Positions 14,676 through 29,906 of a stretch of DNA of 64,000 nt are shown here, in pieces; position 1 is the stretch's first letter, and every line of letters starts with the position of its first letter. Source of the DNA: the human T2T-CHM13v2.0 reference genome, Homo sapiens; the NCBI RefSeq assembly GCF_009914755.1, contig NC_060926.1, one strand, 5' to 3'. The translations under genes were made by a program, and so were the position numbers. Under the pieces are notes generated by a model. That model was not told the origin of the DNA. It made no database searches and saw only the letters and a program-made list of their open reading frames with translations.

Positions 14676-17600
14676 TTATTCTGAAGATTAACATAATTCA
14701 TACTTAAAAGGATCAAGAACTAGAATATTAAAAAAATAGAATGTGAATGTTTCTGCAAGTTTTGATAAGAACAAGCCCATAAATTAATCTCTAATTTGCT
14801 ACATTTAGGAATATGGTAATGACTACAAAAGAAATGAAGACTTCCCTTCTTATATTTTGTGCATGCTAACTAATCTAGGAATACTCTTCTGATTGGCCTA
14901 CTTTTATTTAGCACTTACCATTTTCTAAGATATTTTCCTTGGGCATGCTGATGAAAAGGAAGTGAATATATTACTTTGAAACTTGGGCCTATGAGGTGAT
15001 TAATGTATTGCACTTAACCATTTTGTATTTTATTCATCTGTCTGTGTTGTCTTCCCCACAAGACTGAGACTTCTTTGAGGAGAGATACCAATTCATATCT
15101 TGGAATTCAGTGCGTTGCAATAGTTTTTTAATAAATGTTTATAAAATAAAATCGAGGAATGAATTTGCATCAGTGTTCAGCCACTACCAAATCTATTTTT
15201 TTTAGTTTTTAGCATATCCAAAAAACTGCAGTTAATTTTGTGACATTTATTAATTTTTTATATGTCAGCATAGAGTCGTTTATTAAATGACTGGAACGTG
15301 TGATTGACAAGGTCAGTTAGCCAGTTTACTCATGGACATTATCCTTGATCAATTTGAACCCTGTAAAATTAGAGCTAGAGTTCAAGTTTAATAGTCATTT
15401 GTCTACTAAAAGTAGGAAAAGATATTTAGCATAGCTGCTATATTTATAAGATAATTTTTTGATCAGTATCCCACGACTATCAGCTAGGGCTGGGTAGTCC
15501 TAATCATAAATTATACACACCTCTTTTCTTTGTCTAGTTTTCCAGGTGGAAAGAGAAAAATAGGAAATCGAATACATAAAGAAATCTATTTCCATTCCTG
15601 ACATAGCTCTATGAGCATACCCTTCCAAGGTATTCTTGGAACAAGTTTTGTTACTGTATTATCTTTTGTTTGCTTCCTGTCTTTCACTCTTATTATCAGT
15701 TTGAAGTTTTATAACACTCTCAGATCTTGTGAGGACAGCTAAGAAAATATTATAGGTACTAATTTGCCTATACTATTTATGATAGAATAACATGTAATAG
15801 TTTATCACATTTATTTAGCTGATATAAGAAATTGTCTGCTAGGAATGTAGAAATAATTTTACTTTTAAAATTCTAAGAGCATAAGTCGTATATAGAGGTA
15901 AGAGTTCCTATGGAGTTCTTTTAACCTAGAGCTTCTATATTAATAATATAATCTCTGATCTAATTTGTTATGCTTTACTACTTGCTGTGCATTTTGAATG
16001 ATGTAAATGTGCTTCAAATTAGTTTGAATCCAACTGTTTCAGTAAAAATACATCATTCATTACCTGTAAGAATATTATTTATTGACTCTCACTTCTTGAA
16101 TGCTTTTCTCTCTGTAGTCATCTAATTATCCCTGGTCATTGGTTCAACAGACACTTGTTGATCACTACTTTGTGCCAAGAGTACATTGGAATTATAGAGA
16201 AGAATACGATCTACTCCCTGTCCTTAATGCCAGTTTTGTACCAGCAAGTGGAAACGTGGAAACTATGACTTTGATTGAGAGGCGTTTTCAGAGCCCATAT
16301 ATTTTAATTTTTAAAGATCACATTCTAGATGTGACATTAGCCATTGTTATTTGTGAGGATATTTCTGGACCTGGGACTTAGTTTTGTCGGGTTTAATGTC
16401 TTCTTGTCATTGTAATTTTCTAAAGAGGGTAAAAATGAAGTGGTAAATTTTCTTCAGTCATAATTGATCCCTCAGTTGTGATTTTTAGGCTACTAGTAAG
16501 CTGATTAATAGATGTTTACAGCCACTTTTCACTTTCCATATAGCTTTACCATATGCAGTTTTAAATCCAAATTAAATACATGTCAGTGCTCTATGAGTTT
16601 CTCAGTTTAGCATGTCACAAAAAAGTATTTCATGAACTCAGAACTGAGCAGTGATAAGTAAAGACTATATTGTTAACAAGCTACTGATTAGATTTTGTTT
16701 ATAGATAATGGATATTTTTCTTTTCCTTTAAGGAAAAATAAACATAAGTGGTAAAAATTTCTATAGCATAGTAACCAAAAGTGCTCTTTTTTTTTGAGGT
16801 TTTCATTTCAATAGATATTTATTTTGCACTGTATTTTGTGTGCCACTTACTCTGTTACAGAATGGATATTCAGTGACGAATGAGACACAAACCTTGCTGT
16901 TGAGTATAACTGAACCTAGTAGTAGTCCTTTCTTGGTTTTGTGTCAGGACAGCTATTATAACAAACAGCTTTATGATGAAGAGTACTGGCTTTGGCATGC
17001 TGTATAGGTACAGATCATAGTGATAACATTTACTGGTTGTGTCATTTCATTTAATTGATTTAAATTCTCTACACTGCAGTTTCCTCATCCATAAATTGAT
17101 AATATTAATACCTACACTTGTTTGTTGAGAGGATTAGCAAGATAATTTCTATATAGTATTTAATTGATAAGCAAAATAAAAATACACAAAGTGATACACA
17201 GCAAAGTAATTGGCCTTTACATATTTTTCCTACTAAAATGCCTTTGCCTATTGAGAGACAGTAGTCCAGTGGATATACTTTGTATTTTTGTTTGAATGTG
17301 GTGTTACAGCACAAGCAATGTATATAGGTCCTTTATTCTCATCCACATGCTCTACTGCCATGCTAACAAAGTTGAGCCCATCTTTGTTCTCTAGGGCCCT
17401 TTATTGCTTTGCTTTATATGGAATTGGCAACAGGCAAACGAGTTGTTTTAATTTTTCCACTAGAAAGGGATCTGAAGTCACTGGTTCCATTTTATGTAGG
17501 CTGAGTAGCCACTAGATAGAATTGACACTCTTAAGTTGATATCAGACTAGTGACCCATAGGTGATAGTCTCTTGTAGCTTATTAGTAGTGCCCTGAGGAG

Positions 17601-17915
17601 TTCAATTTTAAGCTCACTGTTTATTTGTCACTTGTGAGTGTAGAAACACCGATCATGCAGGAGTAGTATCAAGATTCTAGGCATATTCAGTCATTTTTAA
17701 AAGAGAGATAATAACCTTCAGTACAACTATACACTTTCTTATTGTAATTAGGAATTTCCCTAAGGAAATATATCTTAAAGCGTCACTCTCTAATTTCCTA
17801 TTTTTTATGTGTCAGGTGTCTCTTGATGTAAAATTTATAGTTATAACTTGATTTTTAGGGTAACTTTTTTCCAATTTTAACACTCTTCATGATAGCAGTA
17901 CTCTGCTTTGTTAAC

Positions 17916-18359
17916 TGTATCAGTTTGGGTCTTCTGTGGATCAGATGCCAAAATGAAATTAGACATGCAAGAGATTTATTGGGGGAGACACCCATGTTGG
18001 AGAAAGGGGAGAGCCTTCAGACAGCAGTGAAGGGTTGACCATGCAAAGGAGAAAGTGAAGGTAGATTGGGTAGAAGAACCACAGACTGCAGCTAGTGCTC
18101 AGAAAATTTCAGCCAGGCTGCTGGGGAGTCCTTGAGCCAAAATTAGCCTTTAGAGGAATCCCTTATTTGGCAGGAATGGCTAGGTTCTAGTACCACTGCT
18201 GTGTTCAGTTGTTGGCAGGGAGCTGCCCAGGAGAAGTATGACCTGGTGTGAATGCCCAGTAGAGCCAAAGGTGTAAAAGCTGGAGGTTGTGAGTCAGTCA
18301 TGCGCTCCACAGCAGGTTCTGTTGAAAGATCTGAGCTGGGCAACTCCATCAGTGCCACA
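17916..18359 (-). mobile_element. Old ERVL-type solo LTR (LTR33/LTR16-like)
   Basis: TG...CA ends; GC-richer island with a minus-strand AATAAA (tttatt near 17975). No convincing TSD; family from recall. Confidence 0.6.
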
Positions 18360-21300
18360 GTTAGTAACACTGAAAACTACAGTGGCAGAAACATATATAT
18401 TATTTTATTACCAAGTCTATGAGGCATCGTCATTCATGAGCAAATGGAGAAATTGAAGGGTTAAATAACTTGTTAGAGGTCCCTTAGCTAGTAAGTGATA
18501 GACCCAGAATTCTAACTTAGGCAGGATTGACTCCAGAGTGCCTCAAGCATTTAAACCTCTACACCATACTGACTACATGCATATGTTGAAAAGTTTTCTG
18601 TGAAACTTTATTTTTATTATAACTTAAGTAAATTCTTTTCCCAGTGTTTCATGAATCTAAAAATGTCTAATTACCTTTTACCATACTAGTTTCTAAAGAT
18701 CGATTTGTTTTCATTAAAGCATATACGTTCAAAACTTGTGGATTTACTCTTTGAATTTTGATGCATGTCTTCACTTGTCAAAAAAAGTAAATTATGCAAG
18801 TTACACCCCATCCCCCTTTTCTCCCAATATACTGAAGTTGTACTACAGATCTTTAGCTACAGTAAGCAATTCTCCGAGGATGAAGAAAGAAAATGTACAT
18901 ACACATAGGAATTTCTTTTCCAGAGCTAAAATTGACATTTTATAAATAATTTCCGTGTTGCAAACTTGAGACTAAGAAATCACAGCAATTCAGTGATATG
19001 CATTTGGCATGAGTCAGTTTTAGTTCTTAGTGATTTTCATTGGAAATGGCATAAAAAGTAAGATTTCTCTGAATTTTTTATGCTGTGGGCTTACAAGAGA
19101 CATAAGATGTTTTTCTCTTATAGATGTCTGGCAGTGCATGGCAGCAGAAGTAACGAAATGGTCACAAACCCCAGCAGTACTTCCCAGGTCACATGCACTC
19201 TTAATTTTTAAAGAATCTAGAAACAACCTAAGCAGTTGATAACAGGTCATTTCTAGGTGATAAAGAGTATTGGATATGGGTTAAGTGTTGCCTTTCTTTC
19301 CACACCTTTCATTTTTATAATCATTTAGAGATTTACTTTATATAGTGATGGTTTTATGTTTTAAAATATGTAATCTAACTAGTAACTGAATTTTTACTTT
19401 TTTTCTTTTTAGTGTTTGACATTGATTTTGAGGTCTTAAAATTTTTTTCAAGATTTTAAAAATTATTTCAGTTCGTCACTTATGTTTACCCCATATATGA
19501 TGAACTGAATAATTTTTATTATATATAATATATAGGTATACATATATAATACATACATTATATATATAGTGAGCTGACTTGAGGTTATGGAAGATTCTGA
19601 TTGTTTCATTTTTAAGCTCAAGAAAATGAATGCATCATAAATTCTTAAAACATTACTTCTACTCTGTGTAGATACCCATAGTCACTGACTGTAATATAAG
19701 TGCAACTGGACCAAAGGCAACTACTGAAAAGAGAGAGAGAAAAAAATTACAGCTACTGCCAGAAGTGTTTGTGTATTTTTTTTAAAACAGCTTTGTATTA
19801 AACTAATTTGAAGAGCTTTGCTTAAAAATAGCTTCCTTCGGATGTAAAAATTGGGAACTATAGATTGGTGCTTTACAAATTTAGTCTAGTCTTTCAGTGA
19901 CCTAGCAGTTGATATGAAAACACAAATTTTAAAATAAATAGCATATTGGATGAACTGTATTCTACTCATGAAAGAAGCCAAAAAATTATGGTTTAAACTG
20001 AGTTTTAAGTAATAAACCAGATTCGTCATTAAAATGAAATGATAGATCCTTGACCCTTGGGCATGCTTGGAATAAATACGGAACTCAGTATTGTTTTTAA
20101 AACTATTTTGCTTTTATAATCTAAGACAGATGTACAAAAAACATGCAGTTTTTATTTTGTATTGGCAGCTTCCAAATATTTAGTATCTATTTCCAAGAGT
20201 TGCAATTAGTAAAGCAACCATGGTACTGAAATCTGCACATCCCACAAGCTAATTATATTTGCAAGGTCAGAGTGAATACATATTTTCAGAAAAATAAAGG
20301 GTTATATAAATATGTGTCTTCTACTTGGCTGTTATATCACAGTTTGTTGATCTGGAGTATAATGTGTACAATTCACAAATTTGTCTGATAACAGAAAGTG
20401 GTGTGTGATTGTGTTTATTTTACTAACCAGTATATTCACAGCAATCACTTCCAAATATCTCTCCAGTAAAGATGTGTTAATTACAAAACAGACAAGGTCT
20501 TCTATTATATTAAAGCTACTAACAAGAAGACAGCAGGAATCACACATGTAAATAGCATCATCAACCCCTATTTTAGTCCTCTGTTTTGATCTGTGAGTTG
20601 CGCATAGACCAAAGGTGCTATTAAAGACTGAGTGTATGAAATAGGCAGCATTATATGAACAAAATTTATTCAACAAGAAAACAGACCTTTAACATGAATT
20701 TAACAAGCCTGAGAAATTATAAACTATCATATGCTGCAGATTCATGCAGTGATAATAAACAAAAAAGGAAAGTAAGAGGTTTCCCTAAGCTAGCCAAACT
20801 GCTAATGGTTTTGTTATAAGCTGTCTACTGTTGCAGTGACCTCTGAAAAGTCTCAAGGCACTTGTACCAGAAAAAATTAAATGGTCAGGCGGGTGAATAG
20901 AGATTCAATGTATTGTGTAGGCCTTCAGCATGGAAAGGAATTTTTCAAAGTCTAGCATCATATTCCTGAAAATATTCTTCATACTTTAGCTCAGAGGTTT
21001 TCGTTATTATATATTAAGGAGATAGTTTTTGTGTAAAGTTTTTTGGTTAAGTTACTGTTTGAGTTTATAAGATATAAACTGAACTAATTTAATGTCTATA
21101 TACTTCAAAATGAACTGTTTAGAAAATTCAGAGAGCTCAAAAAAATGGATTATTTCCCCTACCAACCCATACATTAATTAATTCTTGGGAGTTCTTTGTT
21201 CAGTGTGTTATATCTAAGATTTCTGTTCTTAACCATGGAGTGACCATTTTGCTGTCATTCTATTGCATCATGCTGTAAATACACAAACATGGAGAAACGC

Positions 21301-23736
21301 TTTCAGCTTATACACACCATCGAGTGCTCACTAGGGCTTTTTTTTTTTTAATCTTACGGTGGCATAATTAACACCTTCTTCACCCATTGCTCATTAGCGC
21401 ACTGGACATTAATGAGTCTATTTTGATAGGTTGCTCTAAAGGATAAATCCACTTATTTTCACAGTGCAAAAAGCAATTATAAAATTATACCAAAATTAAA
21501 ATGTAGACTATATTGCCATGTTTATATTTTATTGCATACTAAATCTAATTTTGGTCTGCAGGTTGTTGAACATGTTAGTTTCCTTAAGACAGTTGCTATA
21601 GTGATGGCAGCAAATTCCTTTAATCTTAGTGTAAAGTAGTCATTTTCTATAGGCCATCATTGCTACTCAGGAATTGTCAATGAAAGCATCTCATTTTATT
21701 AAGTTCTTGAATTTTTCTCTTAGTTTCTTAAGAAAATTTAAAAAATTTGTTTTTAACAGATCATGATATCTACTGAACTAGTATTTTCATTTCCTTTTTA
21801 TGAAGTTTCACACCTGCTTATAATATTTCAGAGAAATAATATAGACTTCTACAAGTAAAATAGCTGTCTGCTATTTTAGTTTCAAAGCATTCAGTATAAA
21901 AAAGTATATAGGAATTTTGTTGTGATATATAATGAAATTTTCATAATTTTGTAGTAGCTTTTTCTCCCTCTCACAAATGAATTTACTGAAATCTTGAAAT
22001 GGGCCAAAATGATGCTTTGCTCCTAAATATTTACCGTTAACAGTTAGGGTGGCAATTCTTAATTTTCTATTTAAGTTATATACCTATCTTGGAAAATGGC
22101 CACCTTCTTCCTCCTTTGCCAACATTTTAACTTTATCTTATTTTATGTTCTTTTTTAGTATGAGTGTGAGGAAATTTTACTTCTATATTTTTAACAATTG
22201 TTTGAAGTTATTTATGATAACATCTGACTAAAATATGTCTGATAGTACTTGTTTTTATTGCTTTTTTAAAAAAGAGAATATGTTTAGAAAAAAATTTTAA
22301 GTATAAGCATGTAGGCCATATTTATATATAAACATGAAAGTTAAGTGTGGATTAAGGTTATTGTATAAAAAGAAAAAAGTTTTCACAAACTATTAATTCA
22401 TGTTCTGGGGATACTTGGCTTTATTTTGATGCAAGAGGAATGAATCTTTGGGAAAATGTTAACTGTTCAAAATAAAAGTAAAATTCAGAGTTGATATTGT
22501 AGGCCGAATGAGTAGACAGAAGCTTAGACTGATTAACTTGTCATCATGTTTTAGTCTAGGTTTGTATTTTTTGTTATTGTCTTTGGACCCATCATAGCAA
22601 TCTTTTACAAAGGGTGATTTTCTTTCTTTAAATCTTGTTCTTTAGCATACAGCATACAGTAATACTTATTACAAGCAGAATTTTCAGACTTGATTAGATT
22701 TGGTTGGCTTAACTATTTTTAATCTCTTAATATCCTCAAGTAATAATTGTATAAATAAGAACAAATCTAGTTGACACAGCTTTTAAAACATTGATAAATC
22801 TTAATCGTTCAGCACTTTTAAAGGCAAAATATAGAAATACTCTGTTACTTAGTATATGATCTTGCTGTAAGATTGTTTCATGTGATAAATCTATTGAGTT
22901 AAATTCCCTTAAAGTGGCAATCTGTCTTAAAGTCACATGACTTTACATAAAACTTTACAGTGTTGAAAAGCTTTAGCAAGTATGTGATTCTTGTTAATCT
23001 CTTTATATGTAAGAGCTAACAGATGTTATTGTATCATAGGAGAATTTGAAGTATTTCTGTACACACAAAAAGAATATACTTATTGTAATATCTTTACCAT
23101 GAATTTAGGACCATATCATTCCATACCATTTTCTTGGCTTAAAGCATGGATGACCTTGGTTTTCTTATATTGTGCCTTTTATACTTGACAGTGGCTTGGA
23201 CATTTAAGGCCATCAGACAAGGTATAAAGTCTTTCATAGTCACAAGAAGTAAAAGGTATCTGACTAGAAGAGAATATGTGGGCAAGTGCCTTGCTGGCTG
23301 TAATTTTGTTGTCATTTCAAGTACTGTGGTGGTGTAATTGATGTGACAGGGCTGGGCTTTAGATGTGGTCCCTTAACTTGTGCTCACTTTCAGTTTTAGT
23401 TTCTCTGTCATTCATTTTGATTAGGTAAAATTTAGGTGACAAACATATGCACACCAGTGAAAGCTGTTTGGTGTAAGTTTAGTAATGACATATTTCAATA
23501 ATAAAGATGCAAAGTTAATTTTTTTCTTTACTGCTTCATGAAAATTGCAATAATTGGTGTCACCTTACATTACAAGATAGAGGGTGGTGTGCTGATGGCA
23601 CAGTCAGCAGGAGGTTCTTTTTTATTAATATTATAATTAAATGATTTTCTGGATATAGTCCAGAAACAGATGCACGTCGATCATGCCTTGTCCACTGTTG
23701 CTTGGCATTATCACTTGCTTTTTAAAAAAAAATTGA

Positions 23737-23901
<165 letters not shown>

Positions 23902-26900
23902 TAAATTTTAAAAGCCTGCTATAAGTAGTCTTTTTAAGTTCTAATTCTTAGCATTTTAATTTGCTTGCAAATTAATTTTTCTTTTGTTTTAAAAGAATTG
24001 TGGAAATATTGTTGTAAAAATTAGATTTGCTCATATGTGAGTCAGTTTTTAATGGGGTCTTTAAATTTTCCTATCATATTTGAGGACCCCCTTTTTGGGA
24101 GCATAGTAGATCTTTTATCTTGAAAGCATTCTGGCTTTGCATGGTTAACATTATAGAGAAGGACCAATAGGAGTTTCCGGTGAAGGATGTAACTATTATC
24201 ATTGCTTGATTAGTAGGTATTTTTCATAGCAGAAAACAATGGAGAAATTGCTGTATATTTTAAGATATCCCTAGAAGTAATTCTTAAATATACTTAAAAT
24301 TTTCTTCTTTAAAAAACCCACCTTTAAAATAAATCCTATAAAAGACATCCATATGTTACTTGTGATGAGAGTTTATGTCTTGTTTTTTATTGTGATAGTC
24401 AATTACCATTAATTGCAGTTACTGGTATTCAGACACTTAATATCCTCTTGAGTGATTGTTTTCTTTGTATCATTCACATGCCATGGTGTTTTTATACAAA
24501 TCTTTATTTTCTGCAAAAATTATTTTAAATGTGTTTTTAAACGCACCACAGTCTGTGTCTATCTAGTTAATTACTACTCTAAAGATTAATTAAAAGGACA
24601 GAAATACCATGTTTGGTTAAGTAGAATACATAAAACAAAGACATTATAGTAGCTATTGCTGCTCCCTTCTGAAACCTTGCTCTGTCATGAGGTTGTCTTT
24701 GGGGAGTTGTGGCTTTGACAGTTAACCATGGTTAAGCCTTGGTTACACTTTGATAACTTTATACTTTTAAATGCTTAATTTTGGGGCAGTCACTCATCTG
24801 TAATCTTCATCAAAGTGAAGTGTTTTGTTTTAAAGGATTGAGGTGTGTTGATTTGAAAAAAAAAAATGCAAGTCAAGGAAAACTGCAAAGTATAATGTGT
24901 ATGAAATAAGCTACCAGTGGTTTTGATTGGGTACAGACAAGCCTGTACTTGCATGTTCCAAGAGAATATATTATTGGACCTGTTTAGCCTTGATAATGAC
25001 CTTTCTTATAAACTTCGGTAGCATCATACTGCTTCATTATTTTTTGCAAAAGGTTAAGTAGCATCTCACAAGCCAAGATCATTGTGATTACTACATGGTA
25101 TGTTTCTGCCAGAAGTTTTTACTAATTGCAAGTCACTCACCACCTGTTGCAGATTTCTTTTTTAAAATTAAAGCACTGCTTTTTAACCTTAAAAATCGAC
25201 TGTAATCAATATTAATAACGTGTTTTTTCTATACCAGTCCAGTTTGTATTTTTTAATCTTACCTTATAGCCTGTAATTTAAAGTGCACCTTATAAAGCAG
25301 GTTCCAAACCTGTGTTAAACAACATGTGTATGTAACAACTACAGCATCATTATTTTTCCTTTCATTTTAGTTTGTTTTGCCTTCCAGTTAGAACCTGTAA
25401 ATATATTTATTTCACAGTTTATATAGCGCCTACCAGAATGACATCTATCTGGGTGCTCTACAGTTTTAAGACAATTTCAATACTAAAACACACAAATGAG
25501 ACCAAGCCAACAAGTGACAGAACAAAGCCACACCTTAATACACTTTCTTATTTTTCTAAGACAAGCTAGAAAGCAACCCAGAAGAGCCTGAAGGGAATGG
25601 TAATATCTGTAATGGAATTTTATTTTATGTTAGCAGGATCTTTAACTCTGGGATCAGAAACCTTTCAGAAATGCCATGCCTTTTATTTTGAAGGGGGAGT
25701 TAGCTGGTGTTAAGAGGGGCCTTGCTCCTAAACCAGCTTTCAAGTAGTAGGGATAAAAGTCTGATAACAGCCATCAGCTCACATGCTGGTGGTCACTAAT
25801 GATTTTCTAACAGATTTTTTTTTACTCTTATACTTAGTAGTAGAGAAAAATTATGATTCACTGTAGACTGCTATTTAATAACTTGGGGAAAGTTCAAATA
25901 TGTTAAGTAAGAAAAGATTATAAAACAGAATATATCAGTTCTCCATTCTGCAAGTGTATATTTTATAGATGGTGCCTATATATTTATACCAGGATATTAG
26001 CATTGGTTACCTTTGGATGGTAGAATTATGAGATTTTTTTGTCTTTCCTTGTCCATATTTCTTAAATTTTTTTACAGTGAAACATATATTGCTTTTAGAA
26101 AATGTTATTTTTTAAAGTACTACTTGACAGTGTTGAAATAAGCTAAGAGACAAAGGTTATTTTCACGTTCATGTTTTATATAATAGAAGCCACTAATAAT
26201 CCTGATAGAGAGGAGAAAGTATAATGCCTATCCTCTAGGCTTTTATATTAATATATGATAATGTATATTATTTTTATTTTGCACTTGGAACATTTGGCTA
26301 TTACTTTCAAATGTTTAGAATTGAGAGTTAACAAGCATTTATTTTAGTAACTAAATTTTTTAAACTATTCCATTATAAACTGTTCAGTGACATTTTGGAT
26401 TCTTAAGTGTCACAGTAAATTTGAAGATTGGTAGTCAGTCTCATGGAAATTTACTAAATATTGATGCATAGATGCATGTGCTAAGGCTAAGAGCCTCTAA
26501 GTATAGTCTTGAGTACAGTTGCATTGTTTAATAGAGTTAAGCTATTTGGAAAACATTGTTTCAGTAATTACTGAACATATAAGTTATAAAACAATTGCAC
26601 TAGAAAGGAGCCATTGTAGTCATTTAGTACATGAGGAAACCTGAGGCCCATAAAGTTGAGTTGCCCAGGTAATCCAGTGAGGTAATGTAGGAACTAGTAC
26701 TCATAACCAGACTGCTTCATTCTTTTATATTATCATTGGAAATTTAATTAATTAATTTTGGCATAGAAAATATATATACAGTTAAAAAAATTTAAAGTAC
26801 AAAGTCATTTAGCAAAAACTCTCCCTTCCTCTTTTGCCTTCTGCAACTCAGTTCTCCACTCTAGAGGGAACCACAAAACACATTTTGTTTCTTTTCAGTT

Positions 26901-28185
26901 ATTCTATTTATATTCAAAAAGCTTCATTTTAGAACGTGATTTAAAGGATATCAGTTACCACCGTATTTTCAGTTTATCAATATAAAATAAATTAAGGCAA
27001 ACAAATTTGTCTTTAGATCCAAGCACACCTTTTTAAGGAGCATGAAAACTTTTAAAAACTTATCAGGAACCCATGAATAGCTTATATATAATCCGTAAGC
27101 CGTGTGTTTTATAATGCACCTGCTTTTCCACAGCAGTGAGTGCATAGAGGTAAAATCATAAGTCAGTTGGTCTTGTGTAGTTCTACATGAACCCAAAAAG
27201 GACATGGCCGGTTGACTTATGATTTGGGAGGAAGGCACTGGGGGCACACAGCAGGTGAGTAAGTGAAATTGAAAGACTACTTGAGGATATCATTTGATTT
27301 AAACTTACCTTTGTTTTGTTATTGTTATACCTGCTGATCTTTCATGCTGTCTGTGTTAGTTTTAATGCTTTTATCTATATAATGTAATTGAAAATCAAGT
27401 AGATTGTGCCTTCAGACACCAGTTAATATTTCATTAGTACAGTTAGTCTCAAAAATATAGGGCCTAGTATCTGTGAGTCCATTAACTGGCTTCTGTATGT
27501 ATTGGCTACAGCAGTTACTAGCTTTATGACCACCATGTAGGGTTGTGCAAGTAGTGAGTGCATCGCGCAAATGTGCTTGGATGAGGGAGCTTCCAGCTCA
27601 AGCTCCACTCTCTACGCCAGACTATGTCTGCTTAGAGGACTGAGCACCTTTTTCTAATTCTCTACCAGGCTGATTCACCTCCTAATGTACACGAATATGA
27701 GCACAGATTAAAGGAAGCCCTGATCATTTCTACTTTTTGATCTGTACAGTATAGCATTTTTATGCACTAAAATTTAATTCATTGCTTCTGATGATTATTG
27801 AAATGAATAAGGATTTAATATACACTCTTGGTACTTTACAATCAGTCACTGCTCCCTATGGAATTTCATAGCTCACTTTTATAACAGACATTGGTAAAAT
27901 AAGAATCTATTGTTAAAGTACTCATCTAAAATATTTTAATACTCATTGGAGTGATTTTTGCTAGCAAAGCTTAAAAATTAACATAATGCTTTGTTTCATC
28001 CTGATCCTTAAAGTAAATAGACTTAATCCAAGAATTTCCTGACATGTATTGTGGCATAGTATGTTAGAAAGAACATAGGCTATGGAATCAGAATGACCTA
28101 GGTTCAGATCCCCATCTAGCCTTTTACTAGCTAGAAACTTGGACAAATTAATATTTGTGTCTTATTTTCTTTCTTTTTTGTTGTT

Positions 28186-28186
<1 letters not shown>

Positions 28187-28239
<53 letters not shown>

Positions 28240-28353
28240 GATGGGGTATTGCTATGTTGTCCAGGCTGGTCTTGAACTCTTGGGCTTAAGTGATTCTCCT
28301 GCCTCAGCCTCCCAGAGTGCTGGGATTACAGGCTTGAGCCACTGAGCCCGACC
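28187..28353 (-). mobile_element. Alu monomer (FLAM-like) with a T50 tail, inserted in a MIR
   Basis: T tract 28187-28236, then a monomer body; MIR-like sequence on both sides. Confidence 0.9.
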
Positions 28354-29427
28354 CTGCATTTTATTTTCATCTGTCAAAATACAAATTGAATTGCCCTACC
28401 TTACAGTACTATGAAGATTAGAAGATGTAATGTGTAAAGCAGATACTAGCTGCTCATTAAATGTTCTCTTCTTTACCCCTTCTTCCTCTACCTCAGTGAC
28501 ATCTTAAGACCTACATTGTAAAAGTCTATTAGTTAGAGAAGTGGTGGTTATTTTGGTTAGTTTTTCTCTTTAGATTCCTGAGGGTTAACCCCAAAGTCCT
28601 TTTTGTTTTTATACTTGTTAAAAATATCCCTAAAGGTTTATTTCTGACTTTCATGTTTTTCTAGGCTGCCAGAGGATCCTTTAGGTCCACCAGAGTACTG
28701 TTGAACCTCATTTGAACACTTGATGTTGTCAGAGTTAGATATGGGGGCAGTTGTGAATTGATTTCAGGACATCCAGGATTATTGTTTCTTAATAAAGCCA
28801 TGCTATTAGCTTAAGATTTTATTATGATTGGCCTGTTCACCTTGGAGACAGAGTGAGGTGAAAAAAATTCTGGTTGGTGAGATTGCATGTCACTGGATAA
28901 GAGCATGAGCTAGACAGACCCAGTAAAGACCAAAATCCACATAGTTAATTTGGAGACATGCATAACATAATTATTTGAATCAATCAAAACTGAATTAGGA
29001 AAAGGGGAATTCCAGATTAATGTGGGTAAAGAAACAGCTGTGTTATTGTGGCTTTTTAGGCTTTTCATTTGAAATACCCATGAGCCCCCTAGATATCATA
29101 AAGTTAGATTTAATAAATTATGAATGATTTATAAACTTAGCTTATGATAAGATCAAACCTTATCTCTGACTGAGCAAGGCTACTGAAACTGCTTAATTTG
29201 TGCTCCTCCATATCATGCTTTGAAGAATGTGTAACCCGTTCCTCTAAACCTTAGTTTTAAACTTGTAGCTAAGAAGAATACTTTAATTTCATCTTAATTT
29301 ACTTGAAATAAAATGCCTTTATTAGAGGATGGTACAGGTATTATGTAAGAATATATCAACAGTTTCAAACATTTTTATTAGGTGAAAAATATTAATTTGT
29401 CCTTTTTAAAATCATTTATCTATATAG

Positions 29428-29502
29428 GCATTAATTCATGGACTAAACAGACATTATTACTCCATTACTATTAACTATCGGAAAAATGAACTGGAACAGA
29501 AG
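29428..29502 (+). CDS. PSMD14: PSMD14 coding exon ([25 protein letters not shown])
   Basis: atatag|GCA acceptor, AAG|gtaagt donor, 75 nt. Confidence 0.97.
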
Positions 29503-29906
29503 GTAAGTTTAAATTTTTATCTTATAGGAGGAAAAAAATCTTTTTCAAACCATTTAAACTATTACCTGGTATGTGATTTAAATTTGAATTTTTGACCTCT
29601 TTCAGTGTTTCCAAATATTATTCCATTATTGATGAATTGCAGCACAAAATAAGGGAATATTTTATTGGACTATTTAAAGACACATTTCACCTTATTGGTA
29701 GGTGCTGAAGTGGGAGAGGAAGTAGGAAATAAATCAAACGTTCCACTTTGGTTTTATGATAAGTCATAAAAATATTTCTTTTAGTTCTGTGATTTTTCTG
29801 ATTAACTTATCTTCTTCAATAAAAAGGCCTTTTGTAATTAAATTAGTAATATATTGCTCTGTAAATTTGAGAGGAATAACTTAAATTGCAGTTGTGTAGT
29901 GCTTTT

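Noticed and set aside
19517-19570. AT-rich palindrome tattatatataata
   Set aside because: Low-complexity (TA)n sequence, expected by chance.
20332-20676. 114-aa minus-strand ORF in AT-rich intron
   Set aside because: TTG start, no recognisable protein or splice structure; better explained as noncoding.
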